Source: an uncultured Gammaproteobacteria bacterium
GTDB taxonomy: Bacteria; Patescibacteriota; Patescibacteriia; UBA11705; JABHMO01
Assembly: GCA_964486065.1 (NCBI GenBank)
Contig: CAZAKN010000005.1
Location: 60 to 64,059, forward strand
DNA: 64,000 nucleotides
Direction of reading: 5' to 3'
Below are positions 38,262 through 47,068 of the stretch, in pieces (position 1 is the stretch's first letter; each line of letters starts with the position of its first letter). A program made the position numbers and the translations under genes. The notes below the pieces were generated by a model. That model was given only the letters and a program-made list of their open reading frames with translations. It was not told where the DNA came from and made no database searches.

Positions 38262-38711
38262 ATGAAAATGAAAAAAATAATATTTATTTTAATTATTATC
38301 ATGTTGGTCGTGCCGTTTTTTTCACAAGCGGCGGGAACTTTTGATCCGAAAGGAGATTTAGCGCAAGCTGAAAAGGGACTTTATCAAGGCGCTCAGCCCA
38401 CTTCTTTACCGGTATATATCGGGATGATTATCAGATATGTTTTGGGGACTGTGGGAGTTGTTTTAACCGTAATTATCGTTTATGCAGGATTTTTATGGCT
38501 GACGGCCGGTGGTAATTCAGACCAAGTCGGAAAAGCTAAAAAATTATTAATTAACGGTTTTGTCGGGTTATTGATTACTTTGGGGGCGAATTCAATAGCA
38601 CATTTTGTTATTGACAGATTAACTGATAATTCGCAACCAAATGAATGGGTGGAAATAGGTGAACAACCATATAAACCTTTAAGCGAACAAGTAAGAGACG
38701 GAGATTTATGA
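38262..38711 (+). CDS. VirB2/TrbC-like pilin 7
   Basis: YAGFLWLTAGGNSDQVGKAK..INGFVGL. Confidence 0.8.
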   Translation: MKMKKIIFILIIIMLVVPFFSQAAGTFDPKGDLAQAEKGLYQGAQPTSLPVYIGMIIRYVLGTVGVVLTVIIVYAGFLWLTAGGNSDQVGKAKKLLINGFVGLLITLGANSIAHFVIDRLTDNSQPNEWVEIGEQPYKPLSEQVRDGDL

Positions 38712-39115
38712 AAAAGATATTATTAATTTTTTTAATTGTCAGCATATTGTTTTCATTAAAAATTGTCCCTGCGGAGGCTAAGAGTGGGCAAGACTTTGTT
38801 AATGATTTACGACAGGGTTCGGAAAATGTGGGTGCCAAGGGGTTCGGAGAAACCGGTGGAAGTAGCCAGTTGACATATAGAATCGGTACTTGGATTCAAA
38901 TAGTCTTGGGTACTTTGGGTATAATTGTGGTGGTAATTATCCTTTACGCCGGCTTTTTATGGATGACCGCCGGAGGCAATACCGATCAAGTCGGGAAAGC
39001 TAAAAGCTTATTGATCAACGGAGCAATAGGATTGCTTATAGCCATTAGTGCGTATGCCATAACGGATTTTGTTCTGGATAGGTTTGTGGAAGACGCTCAA
39101 GTTCAAGAGCGTTGA
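38708..39115 (+). CDS. VirB2/TrbC-like pilin 8
   Basis: YAGFLWMTAGGNTDQVGKAKS. Confidence 0.8.
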   Translation: MKKILLIFLIVSILFSLKIVPAEAKSGQDFVNDLRQGSENVGAKGFGETGGSSQLTYRIGTWIQIVLGTLGIIVVVIILYAGFLWMTAGGNTDQVGKAKSLLINGAIGLLIAISAYAITDFVLDRFVEDAQVQER

Positions 39116-39454
39116 TTGAAATATTAAATATTTGCTATAATATTTTTAATAATAATTAAAAAGATTGCGTTTTATGAAAAATATTTTTATTGTTTTGGCC
39201 ATGCTGTTCTTGGTTTTGTTCAGCGCCAACGCGGTTTTCGCTATCAGCGATGATGTCGCCAGGGAAATAAGAGGAGGAGCCGATACTATCGGTAATGTGG
39301 GATTTGGAGAGTCAAGTGGTGAAGGAGAATTATTGTCAAACAGAATCGGCGGAATAATTAAAGCGGCTTTGGGCTTGGTGGGTGTTATCGTAGTGGTGAT
39401 AATTGTTTACGCCGGCTTTTTATGGATGACCGCCGGAGGCAATACCGATCAAGT
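38943..39454 (+). repeat. 49-bp exact direct repeat (38943-38991 and 39406-39454) shared by pilins 8 and 9
   Basis: TTTACGCCGGCTTTTTATGGATGACCGCCGGAGGCAATACCGATCAAGT in both. Confidence 0.9.
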
Positions 39455-39566
39455 TGGGAAAGCCAAAAGCTGGTTGATTAACGGTGTTATCGGTTTGGTT
39501 TTGGTTTTAAGCGCTTACGCTATCACGGATTTTGTTATCAGCAGATTGATTGAAGCATCCGCATAA
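39174..39566 (+). CDS. VirB2/TrbC-like pilin 9
   Basis: YAGFLWMTAGGNTDQVGKAKS; own TGCTATAAT at 39133-39141. Confidence 0.8.
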   Translation: MKNIFIVLAMLFLVLFSANAVFAISDDVAREIRGGADTIGNVGFGESSGEGELLSNRIGGIIKAALGLVGVIVVVIIVYAGFLWMTAGGNTDQVGKAKSWLINGVIGLVLVLSAYAITDFVISRLIEASA

Positions 39567-39577
39567 ATATCATATTA

Positions 39578-39620
39578 AAAAAGCTCCCCTCCAAGCATGG
39601 ATAAGGGGAGCTTTTTATTT
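39578..39620. terminator. Bidirectional terminator ending the pilin operon
   Basis: AAAAAGCTCCCCT..AGGGGAGCTTTTT. Confidence 0.8.
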
Positions 39621-39645
39621 TACACGAGAGGCGCGAGCTTCTCGA

Positions 39646-40653
39646 TTATTTCAACTGTTTTTTAAAGTGTTCCACCAGTTCCACGGGTGCCGGATCAATA
39701 CCTTTGTTTATGGCCAACCGATAAGAAGTCCATAATCCCAAAGACAAAGTTTGTAAAAATTTATCAAAGGCATCATCTCCCGGCATAGTAATGATTTTCG
39801 TGGCAATTTTATTGCCTAAAATATTTTGAAAAACTTGCATGCGCTTTTTATTTCTTTCAGCTGTTTGATTGTCTTGCAAAATAATAATTTGATAATCAGC
39901 CAAAAGGTCGGTAAATCCCACCATTTCATTATGATTCAATTCCGGAAAAACATTATAAAAACTCTGAGTTTTGGCGTTTTCGTTAAAATTGATTTTCCAG
40001 ACCATGGCCAATGCTTGCCAAGTCGTATCGGTATAGATAAGCGGAATTTTGCCGTTCAGATCGGTGGCCAGATCCTCCGCGACTTCAAGTAAATCAATAT
40101 TTTGCGCCAGCGCTTTTTCAATGCTTTGGTTAAGTTGATTATAATCAAGAGCAATACAACCGCTATCATGCATTATTTTCAATAACGCGCCGATGGTGTA
40201 ACCATAGGCCAAGCGAGGCTGTTTCGTGTCCGGAATGGAGATATAAGCATAATTGTTTTGTTCCGCGATTCTTTTCAGTTCTCCGTCATGAGCAAAAATA
40301 ATTATTTGTTTTAAACCGATTTTTTTCGCTTCTTGCAAAGTAGCTAAAGTTTCTTCCGTATTGCCGGAATATGAATTAAAGATTCCGATCCAATTCTCAT
40401 CAACTTCCGCTGGTAAACTGTAATTTTTATTGATAATGAATTTTTGTTTTAACGATTCTTTTAAATGAGGTAAAAGCATTAAAAAAAGATCGGCCGGTAA
40501 GGCTGATCCTCCCATTCCACAGAATACAATATTAGCATCTTTGGCGGTTAGCTTTAAATTAACTTCGGCAAACGCATTTTTAAATTGATTTGGTAAGTTC
40601 TCAATTATTGAGTGGATATTTTGAGAATCCAAATTGTTTTGCGTTTTTGGCAT
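39646..40653 (-). CDS. Bifunctional phosphoglucose/phosphomannose isomerase (SIS)
   Basis: GMGGSA, SYSGNTEET, QPR, ENAK..PELNHNE. Confidence 0.9.
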   Translation of the reverse strand: MPKTQNNLDSQNIHSIIENLPNQFKNAFAEVNLKLTAKDANIVFCGMGGSALPADLFLMLLPHLKESLKQKFIINKNYSLPAEVDENWIGIFNSYSGNTEETLATLQEAKKIGLKQIIIFAHDGELKRIAEQNNYAYISIPDTKQPRLAYGYTIGALLKIMHDSGCIALDYNQLNQSIEKALAQNIDLLEVAEDLATDLNGKIPLIYTDTTWQALAMVWKINFNENAKTQSFYNVFPELNHNEMVGFTDLLADYQIIILQDNQTAERNKKRMQVFQNILGNKIATKIITMPGDDAFDKFLQTLSLGLWTSYRLAINKGIDPAPVELVEHFKKQLK

Positions 40654-40913
40654 AAGAAAAAAATGAGGTATAAATTAAACTTATCAAATCGTTTTGATTC
40701 CTGCAAAGCATTTATTCACATATTACGGATGAATCCGTTGATTTTCCGCAGGTTGACGGGATCCGATAAAATTTGTTTGACAGCTTGATTTTCAGCTTGG
40801 TATTTGATATGATTTAAATGCTATTTTTAGCTTAATTTTGTAATAATTAATGAGAATAAACAGGGAAAGTTAATATTAATCAATCAAATATTAACTTTTT
40901 TGCATTTAACAAT

Positions 40914-41627
40914 ATGAGCGGACATAGTAAATGGGCCAAAATACATAGGCAAAAAGGCGCGGCTGACGCCAAGCGAGCGAATTTATTCACTAAATTATCA
41001 AAAAATATCACTCTGGCTGCCAGGAATGGCGGAGATCCGGAGATGAATTTTGCTTTGCGTTTGGCCGTGGATAAAGCCAAAGCCGCTAGTATGCCAAAAG
41101 ATAATATTGAGAAAGCCATTAAAAGAGGTACGGGTGAATTGGATGGAGAAGCTTTGGAAGAAGTGATGTATGAAGCGTATGGTCCGGGAGGGTTGCCTTT
41201 ATTGATTGAAGGCGTTACGGACAATAAAAATCGTACCACTCCCGAAGTTAAAGCGATTTTAACGAAAAACGGCGGTAGTCTCGGAGCGCAGAATTCGGTT
41301 AAATGGATGTTTGAACATAAGGGAGTTATTTTTATAAACAATCAAGAAATAGAGGATAAAGATGATTTTATTATGCAAATGATTGATGCCGGAGCTGAAG
41401 ATGTGAGAGAAGAAGATGACGGATTGACCATATATACCGGTTATGAAGATTTTGAAAAGGTTAAAAAAGTAATTGATGAAAAAAACATTGGATTTGAATA
41501 TGCGGAAATGGATTGGATCTTAAAAGACGAACAAGAAGTGGAAAAAGATGCGGCGGAAAAGTTGGAAAAAATAATTGAACTCTTAGAAGACCATGATGAT
41601 GTAAATTCGGTGTATAGTGTTTTATAG
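40914..41627 (+). CDS. yebC: YebC/PmpR family protein
   Basis: MSGHSKWAKI, YEAYGPGG, TDNKNRT. Confidence 0.95.
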   Translation: MSGHSKWAKIHRQKGAADAKRANLFTKLSKNITLAARNGGDPEMNFALRLAVDKAKAASMPKDNIEKAIKRGTGELDGEALEEVMYEAYGPGGLPLLIEGVTDNKNRTTPEVKAILTKNGGSLGAQNSVKWMFEHKGVIFINNQEIEDKDDFIMQMIDAGAEDVREEDDGLTIYTGYEDFEKVKKVIDEKNIGFEYAEMDWILKDEQEVEKDAAEKLEKIIELLEDHDDVNSVYSVL

Positions 41628-41645
41628 AAATCAAAAATTCAAAGT

Positions 41646-42137
41646 ATGTCAAAAATAATTTTGGGCGTTGATCCCGGCTATGGCATCACTGGATATGGAA
41701 TTTTACAAGTCAACGGTTCCCAAATGAAATGTTTGCAATATGGAGTAATAACAACTCCGGCTGAAGTTGATTTTGCTTGGCGTTTGCATGATTTACACAA
41801 TGATTTGAAAAAAATAATTATGCAATACAAGCCCAATGTTGTGGCGGTTGAAGAATTGTTTTTTTATAAAAATGTAAAAACAGCCATTAATGTCGGACAA
41901 GCCAGAGGCGTGATTATGTTAACCGCCATGCTCGCCAAACTACCTGTTTTGGAATGTACGCCTTTGCAAGTCAAGCAAGCCATAACCGGATACGGTAAGG
42001 CCGATAAGTCCCAGGTTCAGCAAATGGTGAAAAATTTTTTAAAACTTGAAAACATACCCAAACCGGATGATGCCGCCGATGCTTTGGCGGTTGCCATTTG
42101 GGCCGCGCACGCGGAAAAACTAACAAAACATTCTTAA
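41646..42137 (+). CDS. ruvC: Crossover junction endodeoxyribonuclease RuvC
   Basis: ILGVDPG, VEELFF, GQARG, DDAADALA. Confidence 0.96.
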   Translation: MSKIILGVDPGYGITGYGILQVNGSQMKCLQYGVITTPAEVDFAWRLHDLHNDLKKIIMQYKPNVVAVEELFFYKNVKTAINVGQARGVIMLTAMLAKLPVLECTPLQVKQAITGYGKADKSQVQQMVKNFLKLENIPKPDDAADALAVAIWAAHAEKLTKHS

Positions 42138-42141
42138 ATTT

Positions 42142-43710
42142 ATGAAAAAAATTTTTTTAGCAATATTGATTATCTTGTTTGCCATGCCTTTTGTGTCGGT
42201 TTACGCTCAAGAAGTTCGGCAAGAAAGCCAAGAACAAGTCGTGGAAATAAAAGCGGAAGCGGGTAGCGATAAAAATGTTATTGTAAACAGGCAAGTTTCT
42301 TTCAGTTCAATAGGTTCGGTGGTGCAAGGAGAAGTTGGCGAAATTAAATATGTTTGGAACTTGGGTGATGGAACCGTATTACAGGGAGAAGAAATAGTTC
42401 ATACATATTCCCAGGCCGGAGTATACAGAGTTAAACTGATAATTTCCGGGAAACATGAAGAAAACGAATTAGTATCAGAGGATGAAATTATAGTTAATGT
42501 GGACAAAGATATTTTGGTCTTGATTACTGATCAAAGCGTGGATGATAAACAACTGTCTTTGATCCAAAACTTGGCTTCTTCGCAAGGAATTTTATTAGTA
42601 AAAATTCAAGAAACGGAAAATCAAATTGATTATGTTGCGGAAAAAGAATTGGCGCAAAAAATCATTAAAAATAAAGATGAAATTTTACAAGCCGGAGGAG
42701 TGGTAATCTGGACTTCCGGAAACATGGGCGTAAATTCTTTTCTGGAAGCCGGACAAGTTTTATCGGCGGAAGATAACGGGACCAAACTAAGTGATTTTGG
42801 TTTTCAAAATAAGCATATTGTTGTAATAACCGAACAAAACTTTACCGCGGCCGCCAAATTGTCTCAAAATTTATATAATATTTTGGAACCGCAATTTATC
42901 GTTTTAACTCATGAAGATGCCAAAGACGAAGTTTTTTTAAGTTCAAATATAAACGATTTATTAACCAAATTACAAAACAGTGAAACGGATTATAAATTGG
43001 TCGGTTTGCATACCAAAAGAGAATTGAGCGAAAAAGGGTATTGGAATTTTTTGTCGCGTATTGTCAGTTACATGGTTGACAGAGGAGTGCCTTTAAACAC
43101 CATATATTTGATTTTGGTTTTACCGGTAATTGCTACGATTTTAGCTTTTACGCGTCAAGTTATAGGGATCAAAGCTTTGGGTATTTATGCGCCTTCAATC
43201 GTGGCGGTTTCATTTTTGTCCACGGGTTTGGAATATGGTTTGTTGATTTTTTTGATAACTTTATTGGTGGGAACATTAACTAGAATTTTTGCTCGTAAAG
43301 TCAGGCTTTCATATTTACCTCGCATGGCCAATGTGCTTATCTTGGTGAGTTTCGCGGTTTTATTCATGTTTTGGGTTGGAGCTTATTTGGGCAAAAGTTC
43401 CATGATCAGTATTTCCGTTTTTCCGATTTTGATAATGGTTTTATTGACCGAGAAATTCATTAACGCTCAGATTGAACGAGGTAGTAAGGCAGCGGTTGTA
43501 TTGGTTTTGGAAACTTTGATGTTATCCATGGCTTGTTATTTTTTGGCCAATTGGCAAACTTTGCGAATTTTTGTATTGGCATATCCCGAGCTGGTTCTTT
43601 TGACCATAATAATTAATATCTTAATCGGTAAATGGAAAGGTTTGCGACTTTTGGAATATTACCGATTTAGAAAAGTAATAAAAAATGTTGAGTTACTTGA
43701 GAAAAAGTAA
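42142..43710 (+). CDS. Secreted PKD domain plus 7TM (7TM_transglut-like) membrane protein
   Basis: YVWNLGDG..HTYSQAGVYRV (PKD); RQVIGIKALGIYAP, LPR, VFPILIM..TE, GKWKGLRLLEYYRF. Confidence 0.8.
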   Translation: MKKIFLAILIILFAMPFVSVYAQEVRQESQEQVVEIKAEAGSDKNVIVNRQVSFSSIGSVVQGEVGEIKYVWNLGDGTVLQGEEIVHTYSQAGVYRVKLIISGKHEENELVSEDEIIVNVDKDILVLITDQSVDDKQLSLIQNLASSQGILLVKIQETENQIDYVAEKELAQKIIKNKDEILQAGGVVIWTSGNMGVNSFLEAGQVLSAEDNGTKLSDFGFQNKHIVVITEQNFTAAAKLSQNLYNILEPQFIVLTHEDAKDEVFLSSNINDLLTKLQNSETDYKLVGLHTKRELSEKGYWNFLSRIVSYMVDRGVPLNTIYLILVLPVIATILAFTRQVIGIKALGIYAPSIVAVSFLSTGLEYGLLIFLITLLVGTLTRIFARKVRLSYLPRMANVLILVSFAVLFMFWVGAYLGKSSMISISVFPILIMVLLTEKFINAQIERGSKAAVVLVLETLMLSMACYFLANWQTLRIFVLAYPELVLLTIIINILIGKWKGLRLLEYYRFRKVIKNVELLEKK

Positions 43711-45085
43711 AAAGGTTTTGGGCATGAATGCCCGTAATTTGTCTTTCATTCGGCCGAGCAACTCAAAAAAAGCGGTTCGTTTGGTTGATGATAAATTGCG
43801 CAGTAAAGAAGTTTTGAGAAAAAACGGATTACCGACTGTTGAACTTTTGGGCGTGGTCAGGAACCGCAAAGAATTTTACAAATTCCCTTGGCATAAATTG
43901 GAAAACAGTTTTGTTCTAAAGCCCAATCGTGGTTTGGGTGGTGGCGGAATCTTGGTTACTTACGGACGCAAGAAAAACGGTCGTTGGGTTTTGCCGAATA
44001 ATAAAGAAGCGGAATTGAAAGATGTTATTTTACGCGTATCCAATATTTTGGACGGAGATTTTTCTAAAACCAATATTCCGGACAGTGCTTTTTTTGAAGA
44101 AAGATTAAAAATTCATCCGGCTTTTAAATTATATTGTTATAAAGGCGTGCCGGATATTCGGGTGATTGTTTACAATAAAGTCCCGATTATGGCTATGCTC
44201 AGATTGCCAACCAAAAATTCTGATGGAAGAGCCAATTTGCATAAAGGAGGTATTGGTGTGGGTATTGATATTGAATCAGGCATTACTACGCATGCCATAC
44301 AATATGATAGAGAAATTGAATATTTACCTGAAATGAAGTTGCCCTTGCGTGGTTTGCAAATCCCGGAGTGGAATAATATTTTGGAATTGGCGGTTAAGTC
44401 CGTTGATGCTTGCGGTTTGAATTACGCAGGTGTTGATTTGGCCGTGGACAAAAAAAAAGGCCCGGTTATCATGGAATTGAACGCTCATCCCGGTTTGTCC
44501 ATTCAGATCGCCAACATGGCGCCACTTAAAGATCGTTTAAAACGCGTAAAAGGATTAAAAATTCGCACCGCGCAAAAAGGTATCAGTGTGGCCAAGGAAT
44601 TGTTTGGTGGAGATCTGGCTCAAGAAGTTAAAGAATTGACCGGCAAAAAAATAATCGGCATTATTCATCAAATCGGGGTGAAGAAAAAAAGTGAAAAAAA
44701 ATTTACTACCGTTGAAGCAAAAGTGGATACCGGAGCGGGGATTACCGCAATTGATGAAGAATTGGCCAGACAATTGGGATTCGCGGAGGCCATTGAATAT
44801 TATCATTCTTTTAATATAAAGAGAGTGCTTACAAAAGAAGAAGTGGACGAGCTAAGTGAAAAACAGGTTTGGAAAGAAATAGTAAAACATAAAGACATTG
44901 TGGAAGTCGTGAAAATATTCAGCAGTCATGGTATTTCTTATCGCATTGAAGTCCCATTGGTCATTAAATTGGCGGGACATGAAATACATTGTCATGCATC
45001 TGTTATTGAAAGAGAAAATTTGAAATACCCGGTGATTTTGGGAAGAAGAGATTTGAATAAATTTTTAATAGATCCCGGTAAATAA
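43685..45085 (+). CDS. Alpha-L-glutamate-ligase-like ATP-grasp (ATPgrasp_ST) fused to retropepsin-like (RimB-type) protease
   Basis: VLGMNARN, VDDK, VLKPNRGLGGGGI, PDIRVI, ANLHKGG, ELNAHPGL; C-terminal AKVDTGA and YPVILGR. Confidence 0.85.
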   Translation: MLSYLRKSKKVLGMNARNLSFIRPSNSKKAVRLVDDKLRSKEVLRKNGLPTVELLGVVRNRKEFYKFPWHKLENSFVLKPNRGLGGGGILVTYGRKKNGRWVLPNNKEAELKDVILRVSNILDGDFSKTNIPDSAFFEERLKIHPAFKLYCYKGVPDIRVIVYNKVPIMAMLRLPTKNSDGRANLHKGGIGVGIDIESGITTHAIQYDREIEYLPEMKLPLRGLQIPEWNNILELAVKSVDACGLNYAGVDLAVDKKKGPVIMELNAHPGLSIQIANMAPLKDRLKRVKGLKIRTAQKGISVAKELFGGDLAQEVKELTGKKIIGIIHQIGVKKKSEKKFTTVEAKVDTGAGITAIDEELARQLGFAEAIEYYHSFNIKRVLTKEEVDELSEKQVWKEIVKHKDIVEVVKIFSSHGISYRIEVPLVIKLAGHEIHCHASVIERENLKYPVILGRRDLNKFLIDPGK

Positions 45086-45117
45086 TCAGTGGAAATAATC
45101 ATTAATTCAATATTATT

Positions 45118-46125
45118 ATGTTAAAACCGGAACAATTTAATTATTTCAGTACATATTTGCTGGGAGCTGAAGCTGAGAGCCGAGGAATTAAAGTTACCAA
45201 AATTTTTACCAAAGGAGGATTGGCAAAACACAGTCATTTGGTTTTAACTTATAAAAAACATGAAGAGGTTATAATCGGACAAAGAACTCGTCAAACCGAT
45301 TGCATCGGATATTGGATTTCAAAAAATAAACAAGTCGCCAAATATTTCTTTTCCAGAGCCGGTTTGCAAGTTGCTAAAGGTGGAATTTATGACGCCAATG
45401 ACATGGATGAAATAACCAAACAAGCCAAAAGGATCAAATATCCCGTGGTATTGAAGCCGGTGGCGGGGATACAAGGAACGAAAGTTTTTTTGGGAGTTGA
45501 TTCGGATAAAAAATTGAAAAAAATAATTAAAGAAAATTTTAAAGGAAAGGTTCTTTTGGAAAAAGAATATTTTGGTAAAGAGTATAGGCTTTTGGCAATT
45601 CGCGATAAGTTTTTAGCGGCCATTTATCGTGTACCTGCCAATGTTCAAGGTGACGGAATTCACGGTATAAAAGATTTGATTGAATTGAAAAATAAAGATC
45701 CGAGGCGAGGTTCCGGACATAAGAAGAGCTTGGTCAAGATTAAAATTGACGGAATTGTCAAAGATTATTTAAAAAAACAAGGAAAAAAATTATCTTCCGT
45801 ACCCAACAAAGATGAAATTGTTTATCTTCGTCCCAATTCCAATATTTCCACGGGAGGAGATAGTATTGATGTAACGGACTTGGTTAATCCAGAGGTGAAG
45901 AAGTTGGCTGTTAAAGTTATTAAGTCCATTCCGGGCTTGGCTTATGGTGGGATTGATTATTTGACCAAAGATATTACCGCTAAGCCGACTACCCGCAATT
46001 ATATTGTTATAGAAGTCAATGATTCCCCCATGATTTCCATGCATCATTTCCCGTATCAGGGTAAAGAAAGAAATGTGGCGGCGTCGATAATTGATCAAAT
46101 TTTTCCGGAAACCAAAAATAAGTAA
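45118..46125 (+). CDS. Stand-alone ATP-grasp ligase of the cyanophycin-synthetase/GshF ATP-grasp type
   Basis: YPVVLKP..G.QG, EYRLL, RVPANVQGDG, NISTGG, IEVNDSP. Confidence 0.8.
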   Translation: MLKPEQFNYFSTYLLGAEAESRGIKVTKIFTKGGLAKHSHLVLTYKKHEEVIIGQRTRQTDCIGYWISKNKQVAKYFFSRAGLQVAKGGIYDANDMDEITKQAKRIKYPVVLKPVAGIQGTKVFLGVDSDKKLKKIIKENFKGKVLLEKEYFGKEYRLLAIRDKFLAAIYRVPANVQGDGIHGIKDLIELKNKDPRRGSGHKKSLVKIKIDGIVKDYLKKQGKKLSSVPNKDEIVYLRPNSNISTGGDSIDVTDLVNPEVKKLAVKVIKSIPGLAYGGIDYLTKDITAKPTTRNYIVIEVNDSPMISMHHFPYQGKERNVAASIIDQIFPETKNK

Positions 46126-46128
46126 AAT

Positions 46129-47058
46129 ATGAAAAATGAATTTAATGATTTTTTATGTGAATATGCCGAGAAAAAAGGCATTATTTGTGAAAAAGTGGAT
46201 AAAGGCGCTGAATTTGTTTTATTAAAAAAAGGTGGAAAGAAAAAATTGATTTATGGAGGAGTGGTGACGGATCAATCCGCGGCGACGGGATATGTTTTGT
46301 CTAAAAACAAGTTTTTTACACATGAATATTTAAAAAAGAACAAATATCCGGTTTTACCGAAGATTAGAACCAACAAATATTCCGAAGCTGAAAAATTTTT
46401 AAATAAACATAAAGTTGTTGTTGTTAAACCTCCTTTTTTGAAACAAGGCAAAGGAATATCAGTTAATTTGAAAACCAAAAAAGATTTGCGTCAAGCTTGG
46501 AATTTAGCTCGTAAATACGCCGGCAATATTATTGTTGAAAAATTTTTCGCGGGAGAAGATTTAAGGGTTTTAGTGATTGATTATAAACATGTTTTCGCCG
46601 TAAAAAGATATCCGGCTTATGTGATGGGTGATGGGAAAAGTAATATTAAAAAATTGATTGAAATAAAAAATAGAAAAGGCTATCCTGGTAAAAGATTTAA
46701 AAAAATCATGATAGATAATGCTTTGCGAATGTTTTTAAAACAATCAAAACTGACTTTGCAAAATGTGCCTGCGGAAGGCGAAAAAGTGGTAGTGAGAGGA
46801 ACCGCAAATGTGCATACAGGTGGAGAAACGGAAGGTTTTACCGATAGTTTAAGTTCAGATATAAAAAAACAAGCCATTGCTTTAGCCAAAGAATTAAGAT
46901 TACCCGTTGTCGGAGTTGATTACCTGGTCTCGCCAAATCAGAAAACCAAGTATATAATTGAATTAAACGCTGATCCCGGTTTTAAATTGCATCATTTCCC
47001 TATTTTGGGAAAACCGGAAGATCCAACTGAAAAATTTTTACAAATGATATTTAAATAA
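46129..47058 (+). CDS. Second cyanophycin-synthetase/GshF-type ATP-grasp ligase
   Basis: VVKP..QGKGI, DLRVL, PAYVMGDG, NVHTGG, IELNADPG. Confidence 0.8.
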   Translation: MKNEFNDFLCEYAEKKGIICEKVDKGAEFVLLKKGGKKKLIYGGVVTDQSAATGYVLSKNKFFTHEYLKKNKYPVLPKIRTNKYSEAEKFLNKHKVVVVKPPFLKQGKGISVNLKTKKDLRQAWNLARKYAGNIIVEKFFAGEDLRVLVIDYKHVFAVKRYPAYVMGDGKSNIKKLIEIKNRKGYPGKRFKKIMIDNALRMFLKQSKLTLQNVPAEGEKVVVRGTANVHTGGETEGFTDSLSSDIKKQAIALAKELRLPVVGVDYLVSPNQKTKYIIELNADPGFKLHHFPILGKPEDPTEKFLQMIFK

Positions 47059-47068
47059 ATTGAAAAAT

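Noticed and set aside
38943-39471. DGR template/variable repeat pair or CRISPR repeat
   Set aside because: Only two copies, both in-frame in paralogues; the differences are synonymous and not adenine-directional; no reverse transcriptase or cas gene.
35619-39566. Type IV (PilA-type) pilins or a conjugative element
   Set aside because: No G/FTLIE prepilin motif; Sec-type signals and a two-TM core fit VirB2/TrbC; no relaxase, VirB4 or integrase in the window.
45118-47058. Cyanophycin synthetase (cphA) or gshAB
   Set aside because: Both proteins contain only the ATP-grasp part, without the Mur-ligase or gamma-glutamylcysteine ligase domain.
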